Shown here: positions 49,001 to 63,032 of the stretch, one piece after another
Layout of the letters: every line of letters begins with the position of its first letter
How positions within the stretch are numbered: the first letter of the stretch is position 1
NCBI GenBank assembly: GCA_051294375.1
Contig: CM119269.1
Span: 12,990,790-13,054,789 of the forward strand
DNA length: 64,000 bases
DNA from: Paraspadella gotoi
Lineage: Eukaryota > Animalia > Chaetognatha
Direction of reading: 5' to 3'
The notes under the pieces: model-generated
What the model saw: only the letters and a program-made list of their open reading frames with translations
Told to the model about the DNA's origin: nothing
The model's database searches: none
Translations under genes and position numbers: made by a program

Positions 49001-50420
49001 TAATTTTCCTCGGTACTTTATATACTATACAATCGCAAAATAGAATTTTTCTTTCTGTTTATAAATTAATTTTCTTTTCTCAAATTTTTTTTCTCAGGGG
49101 CTGCGTATGCTGATCAGTTTATTTGACAATGGCAATTGACAATAACAAAAAAAACCTTTTCCATTTTTTTTCCTGAAACTGTAACTTTAATTTTCCTCGG
49201 TACTTTATTATTTTTTTTAATTGACAATCGCAAAATAGAATTTTGCTTTTAAGATTTTTACCAAAAGAATTAAAGTTAAGCAGAGGGGAGTAATGCAGAT
49301 GTTCCAACCTATCACATATCAAATTTTTTTAAAGTAATTTGTCCCTAAGGAAGTCTTGCAAAAGATATCAAACTTATTTGTTATATAAAAACTTTGACTG
49401 GGTAAGAAACTGAATCATCTTTTTAAAAAAAATATCTTTTGCTTGATGAGGGATAATTTTTTTTAGCGATGACGAGTTTTTCCCAACATGTTCGGAAGGC
49501 ATTTTAAGCATGTTTCAATATTTTATTCAATATTTTGGGCATTTCAAAAACGTCAATGATTTTTCTAATATTTTCTTAATGTTTGGTAGATCATATATCA
49601 TTAATTTTTACTTCGTGTCTATCGATTAGGCTCACGGGGTAATAACGTAATTTTTGTTAGGAAACTGAATCAAAAGATACGATAAATTATCCAGAGAAAA
49701 GAAAGGTAAAACACAATATCGATAAATGATCCATACAGCTTAGATATGCAAATGGAATTATTCTCCTCGAGTTTTCCCGCAGGGAATTCGAAAAAGGCGT
49801 TCGCGCCCTCTGCGAGGAGCGACGAGGCGAAGAGGTGGAGATCGCCGACGTGGACGAAACTCGCCTCATGGTCAAGTATCGCCTTCCGCTCAACGAAGTC
49901 GTCATGGACTTTCACGAGCGACTCAAGTCCGTCTCTTCTGGCTTCGCGTCTCTCGAGTACGAGGACGACGGATACCGTCCGACCCACGTCGTCAAGCTCG
50001 AGTTCACCGTCAACCATCACCTTGTCGAAGAGTTGACCACCATGGTGAGAGAGAGAGAAAGTTCGTCGTTGGGAGAGCTTTCGATATCGCGAAACTGCGC
50101 GATTCCCGTCTTGCAATTAACATATCCAACCTCGTCCCTCATTTAAGGTCCACAACGAACGGGCTCGCGATATCGGTAAATACATCGTCTACCGGTTGAA
50201 GCGCGTCATCGAACCCCAGCCCTTCAAGATCGTCATCCGCGCTCAAGTCGGCGAGACCGTCATCTGTCGGGACAACAAATCCCCGTTGAAAGGGACCTTC
50301 AAGTCGATGGCCTCCATGACCGAGAAGAACAAGGCCAAAAAGGCCGCCAATAAAAAGAAGCGAATGGCGGGCGACATCGTCATTCCCCCCGATGCCTTCA
50401 TCGAAGTTTTAAGAGGATAA
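40078..50420 (+). CDS. GUF1: Mitochondrial translation factor GUF1/LepA (EF-4), multi-exon
   Basis: [70 protein letters not shown]. Confidence 0.96.
40644..45927 (+). mobile_element. DIRS1-like tyrosine-recombinase retrotransposon in GUF1 intron 1 (gag, RT/RH, methyltransferase-like, YR; frameshifted)
   Basis: ~220-bp ITRs (40644-40864; 45680-45900 plus 3' extension) and ICR at 41620-41706. RT motifs [15 protein letters not shown] and YLDD; RH TTDAS; MT-like [20 protein letters not shown]; [20 protein letters not shown] core at both ends. Confidence 0.93.
48553..49230 (+). repeat. Copy of internal sequence of the Tc1-like element (24027-24480), in a GUF1 intron
   Basis: Shared GGACAGTTATTAAA..CTGCAGCTGGCTCTG..GCTGATCAGTTTATTTGAC blocks. 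Confidence 0.75.
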
Positions 50421-50653
50421 TAATGAATTTTCTGCTTTATGGAAACGTTGACTTGAGACGTGGAGAGTTTGGAAAAAGCGCGACTTTATTTGAACCAAGT
50501 TTATGTTTTACTTCGTTACTAAGAATAGACAATTTTATTTATATGACGGTTCGTCCCATCTTTGTTTGTTAGTATTGTTTTTTCTACCGCGTGCGGCGTC
50601 GCCTTTAAATTCAATCGGCGGAAAAAAAAACTTGAAACTTTCCGGTAGACACG

Positions 50654-52334
50654 ATGTTCGGTTCAACGTCGTTCGGCGCGACGCAGCAAAATCGCGGAGT
50701 GTTCGGCTCGTCGACGACGACTACGACGACGACGACAGCGTCGAATCACAACCCAATGAAAGACGTCGAAGTTGCTTCGCCTCCGGACGACACAGTATCT
50801 AAACTAAAATTCAGTCCCTCTACTCTTCAGCAGGTCTGATATCCAAGTTATGGCAAAATGTCATGAGTCGGTTCTGTATTTTAAATGTACAATTTTGTAC
50901 ATATTTTTTGTCGTTCTTCAGACGTTTCTTGTGGCGGGTAGTTGGGATCACAATGTCAGATGTTGGCAGATTGAGCAGAACGGCACAACCATTCCCAAGG
51001 CCCAACAAACAGCGCAGGTCAAGGCTTTAATTTTAAATTGAATTCTTTTTAATTTATATGGTTTTTGAATTTGATCAGTTGTCACGAAACTACACCAAAA
51101 AAAATTTAATTTAAAAACTATTTCACCTAAAATCGACTTCAATCTTCAGGGTCCCGTTCTCGACGTTTGCTGGAGTCCGGACGGAAGCAAAGTTTTCACA
51201 GCTTGCGGCGACAAGATGGCGCGAATGTGGGACCTCGCATCCAACCAATACGTTCAGATCGCCGCCCACGACGCTCCGGGTATAACTGATGACTCGCTAT
51301 CGGGTTTTCTTTTTTTTGTCACCAGGTTTTCTATATATATACCTCTCTCTCACCTCAGTCAAAACCGTCAATTACGTGAAAGCCCCCAACTACGAGTGCA
51401 TAATGACGGGAAGTTGGGACAAGACTTTAAAATTCTGGGATTCTCGAACTCCGACGCCGATGATGCAGATCGCTTTGCCCGAGCGAGCTTATTGCGTCGA
51501 CGTCAAATACCCAATGGCCGTAGTGGGGACCGCCGGTCGCGCCCTCGTCATTTACACTCTGGAAAACCAGCCGCAGGTAACGTGTTACAGGAGATTTACG
51601 GGAGATGTGCGCATGCGCTTTGATAATCTTAGTTATTCATTACTCTCTTTTCTCAGGAGTTTAAAAAGATGGAGTCGCCGCTCAAATACCAACACCGATG
51701 CGTCTCCATCTTTGACGACGCGAAGAAGAACGAGCCGACGGGATTCGCGTTGGGGTCCGTCGAGGGCAGGGTCGCCATTCAATACGTTCACGCCCAAAAC
51801 CCCAAAGACAATTTCACATTCAAGTGCCATCGATCCAACGGAACCACCGGGGGTTACCAGGTGTCGCTTGACGTAGCTTGGCGTAACTTGTTTTTTCTTT
51901 TTTTCTTTTTACAGCAGTTTTTTTTTAATTATTATTATTTTCGCCGCCAGGACATCTTCGCGGTGAACGACATCGCATTCCATCCCGTTCACGGGACCCT
52001 CTCCACCGTCGGCTCGGACGGAAAGTTCTCCTTTTGGGACAAAGACGCGAGAACAAAGTTGAAGACCTCGGAGGCGATGGAGCAGAGCATCACGTGTTGC
52101 GCCGTCAACGCCGCCGGCGACATGTTTGCCTACGCCGTCGGCTACGATTGGTCAAAGGTACAACCGGGGTCCCCGTAACGTTACGCGGACGTCTCGTATT
52201 TCTCCAACGTTTTATCAATTACTCGAATCGATTCTTTCACCCTTCAGGGTCACGAATTTTACAACGCTTCGGCTAAAAATCACATTTTCATTCACGCTTG
52301 TTTCGAGGAACTCAAACCAAGATCGAAGAAATAA
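50654..52334 (+). CDS. RAE1: mRNA export factor RAE1/Gle2 (WD40), multi-exon
   Basis: [63 protein letters not shown]. Confidence 0.97.
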
Positions 52335-52723
52335 AAATGTCTCTCAATCTTCTTTTTTTTTTCTTCCAATGATATGCTCATTTTTAATATCTCGCTCGCC
52401 TTTTTTACAGTTTCCCTGCTGTACTTTTAAAAATCCCGTCAGTGATCGTGTTTTGTTAACCCTTTTTGAATCTTTTCTGCATTCAGCTTTTTTTCGCAGT
52501 CGTTCATACTATTTGCATTCTCTCTCGTTCGACGTTTGGTTTCCGTTTCACTCGTGATCTTGTGACTTTTATTACTCTTTGCGAAGACTTCGATCTTTTT
52601 TTTAAAAAAAGGAAACAAATCGATCGAATGGATGCGACGCTTCGAATTCGATCCCTTTTTTAGCTCATTATAAACAAACAAAGCGAAAAAAAGGCGACTT
52701 AAAAAGCGTCGTCGTTTCTAACA

Positions 52724-55250
52724 ATGTCCTCGGGGACGGACGGCGGCGACCTGGCCGTGTGCCGCCAGGTCGAGGAATTGTGCAAGCATCTGTACGAGAG
52801 TGCGGACTCGTCTCGCCGCGCTGCCGCTGAGAAGGCGCTCGTGGAGTTCAGCTCTTCTCCTGATTGTCTCAACCGGTGCAAGTTGTTGCTGGATCGCGCC
52901 GACTCTCCCTACTCACAGGCTCTGGCGGCGAGTTCGCTGACTAAACTGATCGGCCGACCTAACGTCCAACTTCCCGTCGAGGAACGCCTCGCGCTGCGAA
53001 ACTACATTCTTCAGTACCTGGCGCAGCGCGGGCCGAAGCTGCCCAACTTCGTCTCCCAGGGGCTCGTAATGCTCTTCGGGCGCATCACCAAGCTAGGGTG
53101 GTACGACGTCGCCGGAAAGGACAACGCTCTCGTCTTTAGAGACGTCACGGCCTCCATCTTCCAGTTTCTTCAAGAAGGGTCGCCCGAACACTCCGTCATC
53201 GGCGTTCATCTTTTGTCTCAGCTCGTGAGCGAGATGAACACGGTCAGCGAGGCCGACGCCAACAGGAGCCTCACCAAGCACAGGAAGATCGCTTCCTCCT
53301 TCAGGGATACCCAGTTGTACGAGATTTTTCAGCACGCCTGTCAGTTGCTTAAAGTGAGTTCCTTCATTGTCCTTTTTTCACAACGTATCAATTAAAGCAT
53401 AATTTATTCCGCTTGCGTCTTTTGAAAAATATGAAAAGTGATCAAATTCCTCTTCGAAAAGATGAAGGAAGTGTTACTGGATCAGTTTTATCCCAAAAAA
53501 AAGAAATCTATTCATGTTCAAATAGCGCCGTTTGAATTTGTACTGGGGTCAGCATTTAGAGTAAACCGAAGCACGTGGTCAAACCAGTTTAAAAAATTTT
53601 CAGGACGCGGTGCAGAGTTTGAGCTCCTCAACGCTGCATCCTCAGCAGCTGTCGCTTGGGAATCAGCTGCTGCGTCTGGCGCTGAATTGTCTCACTTTCG
53701 ACTTCATCGGAACTTCCACGGACGAATCCTCCGACGATCTCTGCACCGTCCAAATTCCTACGTCTTGGCGCTCCATTTTTTTAGACTTCTCTACTTTGCA
53801 GGTTTCAATATTACACGAATGTTTTTTTTTAATTATTTAATAATATTAAGTTCGAAGGTTAGAATTTGTTTGTTATACTCTTTTATAATCTATATAAACA
53901 ACACGGGTTTAAAGTTTTAATTTACCATTTACCAGCCAAGATATTTTAAAACAATTCTGAAATGGCAAAACGTGAATGGTTTAATTGAAAGAATACATTT
54001 TTGGTGAATTGGTCTTCTCAGCTCTTCTACGACCTCTACCATCGCCTCCCGGAAACATCACTCACGTCTCTCGCCCTGTCTTGTCTCGTCCAAATCGCTT
54101 CAGTGCGTCGATCCCTCTTCAACAACACGGAACGCGCCAAGTTTCTCAATAGCCTCGTCGCCGGAGTCAAGGAAATCCTGCTCGATCCGCGAAAGCTCTC
54201 CGACCCTTCCAACTACCACGAGTTCTGTCGCCTCTTGGCGCGACTCAAGTCCAACTACCAGCTGGGTGAGCTGGTCAAGGTCGACGGGTACCCCGAAGTC
54301 ATCGAACTCATCGCCAAGTTCACGGTAACCAGCCTGGGCATGTACCAGTTCGCCCCCAACAGCGTTCACTATCTTTTGTCTCTTTGGCAACGGATGGTGG
54401 CGTCGGTACCTTATGTTAAAGCTTCAGAGCCGCACATGTTGGAAACTTACACTCCCGAAGTCACCAAAGGTGAGTGGGTTCGGCCCTCTTTTTGTTATCG
54501 GTTCGATTTATGTTAAGCTCCTGACAATCACTTATCTTTAAGCTTACATCACATCCCGATTGGAGAGTGTGGCCGTTTTCAACGCCTCCACCCGAAATCC
54601 GAGTACGACGGGCGAGGATCCGCTGGAGGACCTCGGCCAAATCCACCAGCAACTCGACCAACTCTCCACCATCGGCCGCTGCGAATACGAGCGGACTTGC
54701 ACGCTGCTCATCCAATTGTTTGACGAGAATGCGCAGGTTCGGAACCTTTTATAATTATACTGGTACTTCTCTGATTATTACAGTTTTTCAATAGATAGAT
54801 TTAAATGTCGAATTAAAATATTTGCCCTCTTTCAGCGTTACGCCGCCAACCCGGCGAACAAAGAGATCGAAGAGGGACGCCTCACTTGGCTCGTCTACAT
54901 CATCGGCGCCGTCATCGGTGGTCGCGTCTCCTTCGCCTCCACCGACGAACACGACAACCTCGACGGGGAACTCGTCGTCCGAGTTCTGCAACTCATGTCG
55001 CTCGTGGACGCCGCCACCGCCTCCGGAGATGTCCGCGCCGCGGCCGCGCCCGGCGCCGTCGTCGCCAACGGCGGCGTCGGCTCCTCCAAGAAACGCGTTC
55101 CCAATTCGGCCGTCGAGAGGCTCGATCTCGCCGTTCTCTCCTTCTTCGAGCAATTCCGAAAGATTTACGTCGGAGATCAGGTAGGACAAGAAGAGAAGCA
55201 ACCGACTTAAGTCACACCTCAATCTATGGATCTTATTCAGTGCTTCTTGT

Positions 55251-55302
<52 letters not shown>

Positions 55303-58300
55303 GCTGGTGTATGCGATGACATTAATTAAAGTTTCCTCATTAAAATTCCCTCATTTTAGGTCCAAAAGACTTCCAAGGTCTACCGCAAGTTGTCGGATGT
55401 GCTGGGTCTTCAGGACGAGTCGATGGTGTTATCCGTCATTGTGCAGAAGATCATCACCAACCTTAAGTTTTGGGCCTCGAGCGAGGCGATCATCGGAAAA
55501 ACGCTGCAGCTGCTCAACGATCTCTCCGTCGGGTTCGTTTTTTTTTTTTTTTTGCTTATTGAAAATGGTTTTCTAACTGATGGGTCGGTCCAGTGTGAGT
55601 ATGAGTATTGAGTAAAGACAAAGGAAATAAAGGGCAATAAAAGTAAATTCACCGAGAGGCAGCTCTCGAGCTGAAGTAAAACCCAAGACAGAACTCAAAT
55701 TTCTCGCTTTTTTGCATCTTCTTCTGTCGTCTCTCGATGAGGAGGAAGGGGAAGGGAGGAAAAGAGGCGGAAGAGGAAGAAGAAAAAGTGTCGCGATCGT
55801 TAATGGAGAAGAGAAATGGGGAGTCCGATGGAATTTACTCATCCTTCTATCTGTTTTTTTAGGTATTCCTCGGTGAGAAAGTTGATCAAACTGGACGCGG
55901 TGCAACTGATGCTTAATCATCACACCAGCGATAATTTTCCGTTTCTCGGATTCGCGCCGGCGCCCGGCACCGTCGTGCTGCAGGTACGAATGGATGTTTC
56001 TACGCGGAGCGTTTAGTCAAGGGCAAGAGTGATCTCCTTCTTTTCAAACTGAAATTACTAAACGCTGAACCCTCTCGTAAAAATACCGAAAAATATGTTA
56101 GGGGTTCTCCCCTGATGGTTGGGGGAGTTCGTTCCTGACAAATATGAATGTCGCCCCAGGACATGCGATGCCGCACGACTTTTTACACGGCCTTGGGTCG
56201 GTTGCTCATGGTGGACTTGGGCGAAGACGAGGAGCGATTCGAAGCCTTCATGTCTCCCTTGACGGCGGCCTTCGACGCCATCGGCGGAGTCATGTCTGCC
56301 AAGTCCGACTTGGAACTCGTCGGCAATGTGGAGGTGAGACACGACAACCAGAAAACTTTAAACTTGCAATTTGAAGCATTCGCATCGAATTCGATTACGG
56401 TTTTGTTTTTTGTTTTTGTTTTTGTTGTTGTTTATTTTTTCGTTGTCGTCGCGTCAACCACTACATAGTATGAGGAAGGAACTTTTGATGCAATCAAGAA
56501 TGAGATTGTGTTCATCAATCTCATTTGCATATTGTATTGACATTTACTTGTCTCACTCCGTCTCTCTGCTGGAGGGGGGGTTTCATGTGAAACCACAGGT
56601 GGGCGATGTCGATGGGCGCCGGTCTGTTTTCTAATTCAATCTGTGATCCGTAAAAACCCTCTTCTCTTCATTTTCCTTTTTATTCACCAACTTCATCCTC
56701 CCGACAGGTGAAGCGAGCCTTGATCGGCCTCGCCCGCGACCTCCGCGGCGTCGCCTTCGCCTTCAACACTAAGACGTCGTACATGATGCTTTTCGAGTGG
56801 CTCTACCCGACCTACACGCCGATCCTCCTGCGCGCCGTCTCGGTTTGGTTCGCCGACCCCACGGTCACCACTCCGGTGCTCAAGCTCATGGCCGAATTGG
56901 TAAAATGAAACTCCGCTCTGCGTTTTTGATCCAATGAATAAACGATGGACGCCATTTTGCTCATCCTTTCCCTCGTTTGCAGGTTCAGAACCGGAGTCAA
57001 AGGCTGCAATTCGACGTCTCCTCTCCCAACGGATTTCTTCTCTTCCGCGAGACGTCGAAGATGATGGTGACCTACGGATCGAGAATCCTCACCGTCTCCG
57101 ACAGCAACATCCCCAAGGAGTCCTTGTACAGCCACAAGCTCAAGGTAGGTGTCTCCGAGTTTCTCAACTTTTTCCGAGAACGAACTTACCTCGAACCGTA
57201 TCGTTTCATTTTCACACAGGGAGTCTCCATCTGCTTCAATATGCTGAAGCACGCCCTATGCGGATCCTACGTTAATTTTGGAGTTTTCCGTCTCTACGGC
57301 GACAATGCACTAGACGACACCTTCGGGACCTTCGTCAAGCTCTTGTTGTCCATCGCTCAGGTTTGTGTTGTTGGAATGCCAGAATTTTTGTTATAAAAGG
57401 GAAAGAAATAATCTTCCCATTCTCCTATAATTTTATTCCGTGCAGAGCGATCTGTTGGATTACCCCAAACTCAGTCAAACCTACTATGCCCTTCTCGAGT
57501 GCCTTGCACAGGACCACATGGTGTTCCTGGCCAGTCTGGAACCTCGTGTTTTCCTCTACATCCTGGCCACGATCTCCGAAGGTCTTGCCTCAATCGACAC
57601 CATGGTCTCCACGGGATGCTGCGCGACGCTCGACCACATCATCACCTTCTTCTTCAAGCGGCTGACGAAGACTAAAAAGTCGTCAAGCGGCGGTGGCGGC
57701 GGCGGCGAGAATCCCCAGTCGGAATCCTTCCTCAAAATACTGGAGATGCATCCTGAAATCCTTCAACAAATGCTGTCCACCGTGCTCAACATCATCATGT
57801 TCGAGGACTGCCGGAATCAGTGGTCCATGTCCAGGCCATTGTTGGGTAAAAAGTTTAAACCGAATTTTTTAAAAATATTTTGCGGTTCTAAATCTTCCCT
57901 TCTTTTCATACCCAGGTTTGGTCCTTCTAAACGAGAAATACTTCAACGAGCTACGACAACAAATAATCAACAGTCAGCCCAGTGATAAACAGTCTTCGAT
58001 GGCTCAATGCTTCGAGAGCCTCATGGACGGGATCGAGCGAAATCTTCTCACAAAAAACCGGGATCGATTCACGCAGAACCTCTCCGTCTTCAGGTCTCGA
58101 GAAACAGGGGGGAGGGGATCGGAAGAGTGTCAGGAATTTTCAGTTTTAATCCCTGCTAATTATCCTTTCTTTTTCGTTGTTTGAGAGATTAACAAAGTTT
58201 GATTTTATTTTTGCAACGAATTTTATTTTACAAGAGCAGACATGTTTCTGCTCACAATACGAGCCTTCATCAGCGCATATGAGTTGTGAACTTGATACAA

Positions 58301-58310
58301 GTTTTTAGTT

Positions 58311-58371
<61 letters not shown>

Positions 58372-59023
58372 TAAAGGTTTCCAACAAAGAATTGAGTAAG
58401 GACAGTGATCAGTTTTAATCCCAAAGAAATAAGTCGAGACATGTCGAAACGAACGCGTAGATTTTTAAAAATCCTTAGCCATTCTAATATTTTTCCCCAT
58501 TTATATTTGTTATATATTATGAAATTGGTACAACCAATATAAAAATTATCCATTCATTTAATAAATAAGCTATCTTGCCCCTGACTTTGGACAGGCTTTG
58601 GTGGTTTAAGGCCGCCATCACTCTTACAAGATAATGACATAGCAGGTCCCTGCAAGCTTTCAATCAAGACTCTCTCACAGTCTCGTTTATTCACTCCCAG
58701 AGTACCTGGCTTCCCTATCAATGAAGTGGAAAATATTTCAAAGAATGTTTCAATTGTATGAAAAGACCACTCCTTAAGTATTAGATCGGGGAATACTTAT
58801 TGTACTCCGCACTAGCATCATTATTATTATATATATCATTATTATATATGTTTGTTATAAAATATTCGATTTCATTATTTTTTTTCTTTCGTGCAGACGC
58901 GACGTGAACGATTCGCTGAAGTCGTCCTCGACCGGTCAGACGGGAATCAACGGCTGCGTCTCTTTGTCCGCGGGCGGCGACGGTGACTCCCTGGTCGTCG
59001 CTTCCGGAGACATGATGAGTTGA
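52724..59023 (+). CDS. XPO7: Exportin-7, multi-exon
   Basis: [68 protein letters not shown]-terminal DMMS. Confidence 0.97.
58236..58276 (-). ncRNA. Minimal type-I hammerhead ribozyme (Penelope-type, palindromic stem III)
   Basis: Minus strand GCG-CUGAUGA-AG-GCUC-GUAUUGU-GAGC-A-GAAA-CAUG-UC^-UGC. Confidence 0.75.
58520..58820 (-). mobile_element. Family A dispersed monomer with twister (58571-58633) in the last XPO7 intron
   Basis: Reverse complement of the array unit, flanked by TTA on both sides; T1 strand is UGGC instead of UGGA. Confidence 0.88.
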
Positions 59024-59589
59024 CCCACGTCCCTTCCGCTTAGCCCCTTCCGCCCCCGCTCCCCCGTCTCTCCACCTCTCCGCCTTCTCATCCCGTCGAG
59101 GTTTTCGATCGCCGCTCCTCTTCACCCAAATACGATTGTCTTTCGTCCATGAGGAAAATAAAAAATAAACAAAAAAAAAAAAACTTTGATCAACGGAGAC
59201 GATTAGTCGATTAGCGTTAGTCGGTTAATGAACGAATGAATAAAAATGATTTTATAGCTTGTTTTTTTTTTTTTTTTTTTTGTTTTTTTTTTTTTTTTTT
59301 TTTTTTTAGTTTTAGTCCAATTTTTCCATTCCATTTTTAAATTCAAAATTACGACGTATCGAGGCGCGCCTGATGCCTAGAGATCGACATGAGAAATATA
59401 AACGAGTCGCCCTAAAAAATTTAAAATAAGATAGTGGTAATTGGAGCCATGAGTACCTGAAATGGCTACTAGAGTGTTCGATCATTCAAATAAATTTTTT
59501 GTTCTTGAGTGCTCCAATGATATTTAGATGTGAGATAGTATGATTAACTAGTACAAAAAATATTTCGTTCATATTATCTCGGGAACAGA

Positions 59590-59990
59590 ATAGCAAAATA
59601 TAATATATTTGTAGTAATATCCTTATAAAATAGTAAATTTTAAAAATAATTTTTATAAAACTTTTAATAAAGATTCAGATTCTTCATAAAAAGTTGAATC
59701 AAAAATATAAAACATGTTATCAAAAATTCTGTCATCTTCAATGTTTAAAATAAGAAAAAAGGTAAAAATTCCTGACTTTTTTATTCTCTGTAGTAGAAAC
59801 TTATATATGTTAAAACGTTTTAGTCATTTTTTGTGATCTAAACATTAAAATATCATATAACATATTTTATAAAAGTTTCTTAGTTTTTTACCGCGAATCC
59901 AAATCAGTTCTTAAAAATAAAAAAAAATTATTTTGAAATTTAACGATTTTATAAGGATATTACTACATAAATAATTGAATTTGCTATACT
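59590..59990. mobile_element. AT-rich foldback MITE related to the hAT-like MITE interior
   Basis: GTAGTAATATCCTTATAAAAT... mirrored by ...ATTTTATAAGGATATTACTAC. Confidence 0.55.
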
Positions 59991-60882
59991 GTTATGCTAA
60001 AAAAATTTTTAAAAGGATTTAAAATTCATTAATTATATGTCCATAGGCAGCAAAAAAATAATGTTCAATCACTCAATCTTTTCATCACTCCACCCTAATG
60101 GCTACATCTTATGGATTTTTTCTTACTATCATTATGATTTCATTTATTGTTTACAAGCAGAAATCTTTGTCAGAATGAGTGATTCAATCTGGCAAAGTTG
60201 GTCTTCAAAATCTTTGGGAGGGGGGGGAAATGGTTTCATTTTTTTTTTAATTCATAAAAAACAGATTTAGACTATGGAGCCTGAAAGAGCGAGAGACCAG
60301 GATACGTTTCTAAAATTTGCGTAATTCGTGTCGATTTCTCATCAGTGAATATCTACGTATAAAATAAAGTTTTATCGACATTTTTCTGCTGTAAGATTAG
60401 GGGTGTGCGCCGACAAATAAAAATAACGTTGAGCCCGAGTTTAGACATGCTGTTTGGAATGTCCTCCTGAAAAAAATTTATTTCCTACGCATATTATAGT
60501 TATGCAATATTATTTTATAGGGCATACTTCAGTCATGTTTTCTCTCCAGTGTGTCATCGTAAGTGTAATGTTTTCCTTTGTTTCGTGTCTTCCTTACGCT
60601 CCTTACACCACCCCTGAAGAACCTTTGTGTTAAACGATCGTTTTCAAATGGTTCAGATTATTCTATTTAAATACCACGTAGGTATATATCTTGTTTTTGT
60701 TTACTATTATTTCTCGTTCCCGCGGTATGTATGATCGAGAAAACTCAACTAGTGCTGAAAAGAACCCATCGAGGATTTTCGGTTTTTTATGTTTTTTTAA
60801 AATTTATTTATTTTTATTTTTCAAGTTTTTTTCTTCTTTCCTTCCTAGAAAACATTATATCCATGAATTTATCCTCTCCGTC

Positions 60883-62820
60883 ATGTATCGTCCTCATTAC
60901 GAGACGTCGTCCGTTGGGCGTTCTAAAGAGCTGTGGCAGAAATCTGTGCGCATCTTCGTCGTCGTCAGCTTTTATTGGGTCATCTCCATGTCGATGGTCT
61001 TCATCAATAAGTATTTACTCAGCTCGGAAGATCTCAAACTCGACGCTCCCCTCTTCGTCACTTGGTGTCAATGTGTTTGGACGATGGGCCTCTGCTATTC
61101 GTTCAGTCAGTTTGGAAATATCTTTCCAGAAATGAATTTTTTAAAAGTGCCGCATTTAAAATTTCAATCGCGCGTCGCCTTTCAGGTCTGTAAACTACAC
61201 AACTTTATCTCACTTTATGTTATACTGCTATCATGTATTTTGTATTGAGTTTGATTTTTCTTAGGTTCTTCCCCTCTCTCTCATTTTTGCTTCAATGATC
61301 ACTTTCAATAACCTGTGCCTTAAATACGTCACTGTTGCGTTTTACACAATTGGAAGATCCTTGTCAACTGTTTTCAACCTGTTGTTCACTTACTTCATTC
61401 TTAAGGAGAGAACTTCAATTAAGTCTGTCTTATGTTGCGCCTTCATCGTTGGGGGATTTTTGCTTGGTACGACATACAAACGAATGACTGGCGAAATTAA
61501 CCACTTTACTTATTAAGTTTATTTTAAAGATGAGATGAATAATAACAGAATTTACTTTCGAACGAATACTTTTCTGGTTGTTCACTACTTTGTTCTGATT
61601 CTTGAACTTTCAACTCCCTTTCTCTTTTCAGGCATCGATCAAGAACTCTTGGGTGGATCTCTCTCTTGGCTCGGCGTCTTCTTTGGCACATGTGCCGCTG
61701 CCTTTGTCGCTCTCTACGCAATTTTCACTAAGCGAACGCTTTCTTTCGTTGAAGGTGACATCTGGCGCCTCCAGTTTTACAATAACGTCAACACGACCTT
61801 ACTTTTCCTTCCGCTCATGTTCATTTTCGGAGAGTTTCCTATCATCGCTTCCTTCAAAAATCTCTTCTCTATGAAGTTTTTTCTGGTTTCTGCGATGGCG
61901 GGAGTCTTTGGATTTTCTATAGGTTTGACGGGAAGGAGCATTTAATGACATTTACGCATGAAAGTAGTTGATTTTACAAACAGAAAATTTTACTTAAAAA
62001 AATAAATTGTTACTATAGTCGGATAAATCAACGTTTACATATGCGAGCTCATTCGGTAAAAAACTTTTTTAATAGGTTTTGTGACCGGTCTACAAATAAA
62101 AGTGACCTCACCACTGACGCACAACATATCTGGAACCGCCAAAGCTTGCTTCCAGACTGTTATAGCTGTTATTTGGTTCCAAGATGTCAAAACTTATCTC
62201 TGGTGGTTATCAAATTTTATCGTTCTCTTCTCTTCTGCTGGGTACTCTCAGGTAAGGTCTCCTAAGATTTTTTTTTGTAGTTACTATTTAGTAGTCTATT
62301 ATTTATTGTCTTTTGTAAGTTTTTTTCCTTATTATCTCGCCAGACGGTCTAAGGCCAGTCTTGGGTGGGATCTTGGTTCGCTTCTGCTTCTTTGTGCCGT
62401 CGTAAATGAGATTGAGAAATTCAATCTCATTAAAGATCATATTAAATAATAATCTCTTTCACAATTATTATTGCGTCAATAATAAATTATTATCGCATCA
62501 ATAATCAATTACTATTGCATCAATAATAAATTATTATTGCATCAATAATTCGTTTTCGCATCAATAAATCTTTTTTTTTTCGGATTTTTTCATTAATTTT
62601 CTTTGATAGCGAGATCAATCTACTTTTAAGATTTTTATTTCCTAGTATTCACTGAGTGTTGTTATCCTCCTATCAGGTGCGTCGTTTGGAAATGAAGAAA
62701 CAACAAAACTTGAAAGAAATGCCTTTGATCTCAACCGCCGTCAATAACGATCGTGATATTAGAAACGAGGAGATCTCAGCGAAGACTCCTGATATCCCTC
62801 GCCATAATGATGCGGAGTAA
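60883..62820 (+). CDS. SLC35C1: GDP-fucose transporter 1, multi-exon
   Basis: [71 protein letters not shown]. Confidence 0.96.
62460..62570. repeat. ~23-bp AT-rich tandem repeat
   Basis: AATTATTATTGCATCAATAATAA variants, about 5 copies. Confidence 0.8.
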
Positions 62821-63032
62821 GGCGTAGTAAAATTTCTAAATTTAACTTTTAATTAAAATTCTAAAAGTGAGGAAGAACACATTATACTAATGAACATTTA
62901 TGTAATAAAAAAATTTATAATAAAAGTTACAATTTACGCAGTACGCCCTATTTATACTAGTACTAAACCAATAAATTTTAAAATGTCAAAACAGTTTTTT
63001 CTAAGATTTTTATGCAGATTTGGATTCGTCAT
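62818..63032 (-). mobile_element. Truncated inverted hAT-like MITE copy
   Basis: Starts TAAGGCGTAGTAAAATTTCTAAATTT, the reverse complement of the MITE right end. Confidence 0.85.

Noticed and set aside
58520-58820. Solo LTR (TG...CA ends)
   Set aside because: No 4-6-bp TSD, other copies have different 5' ends, and the unit occurs as a concatemer.
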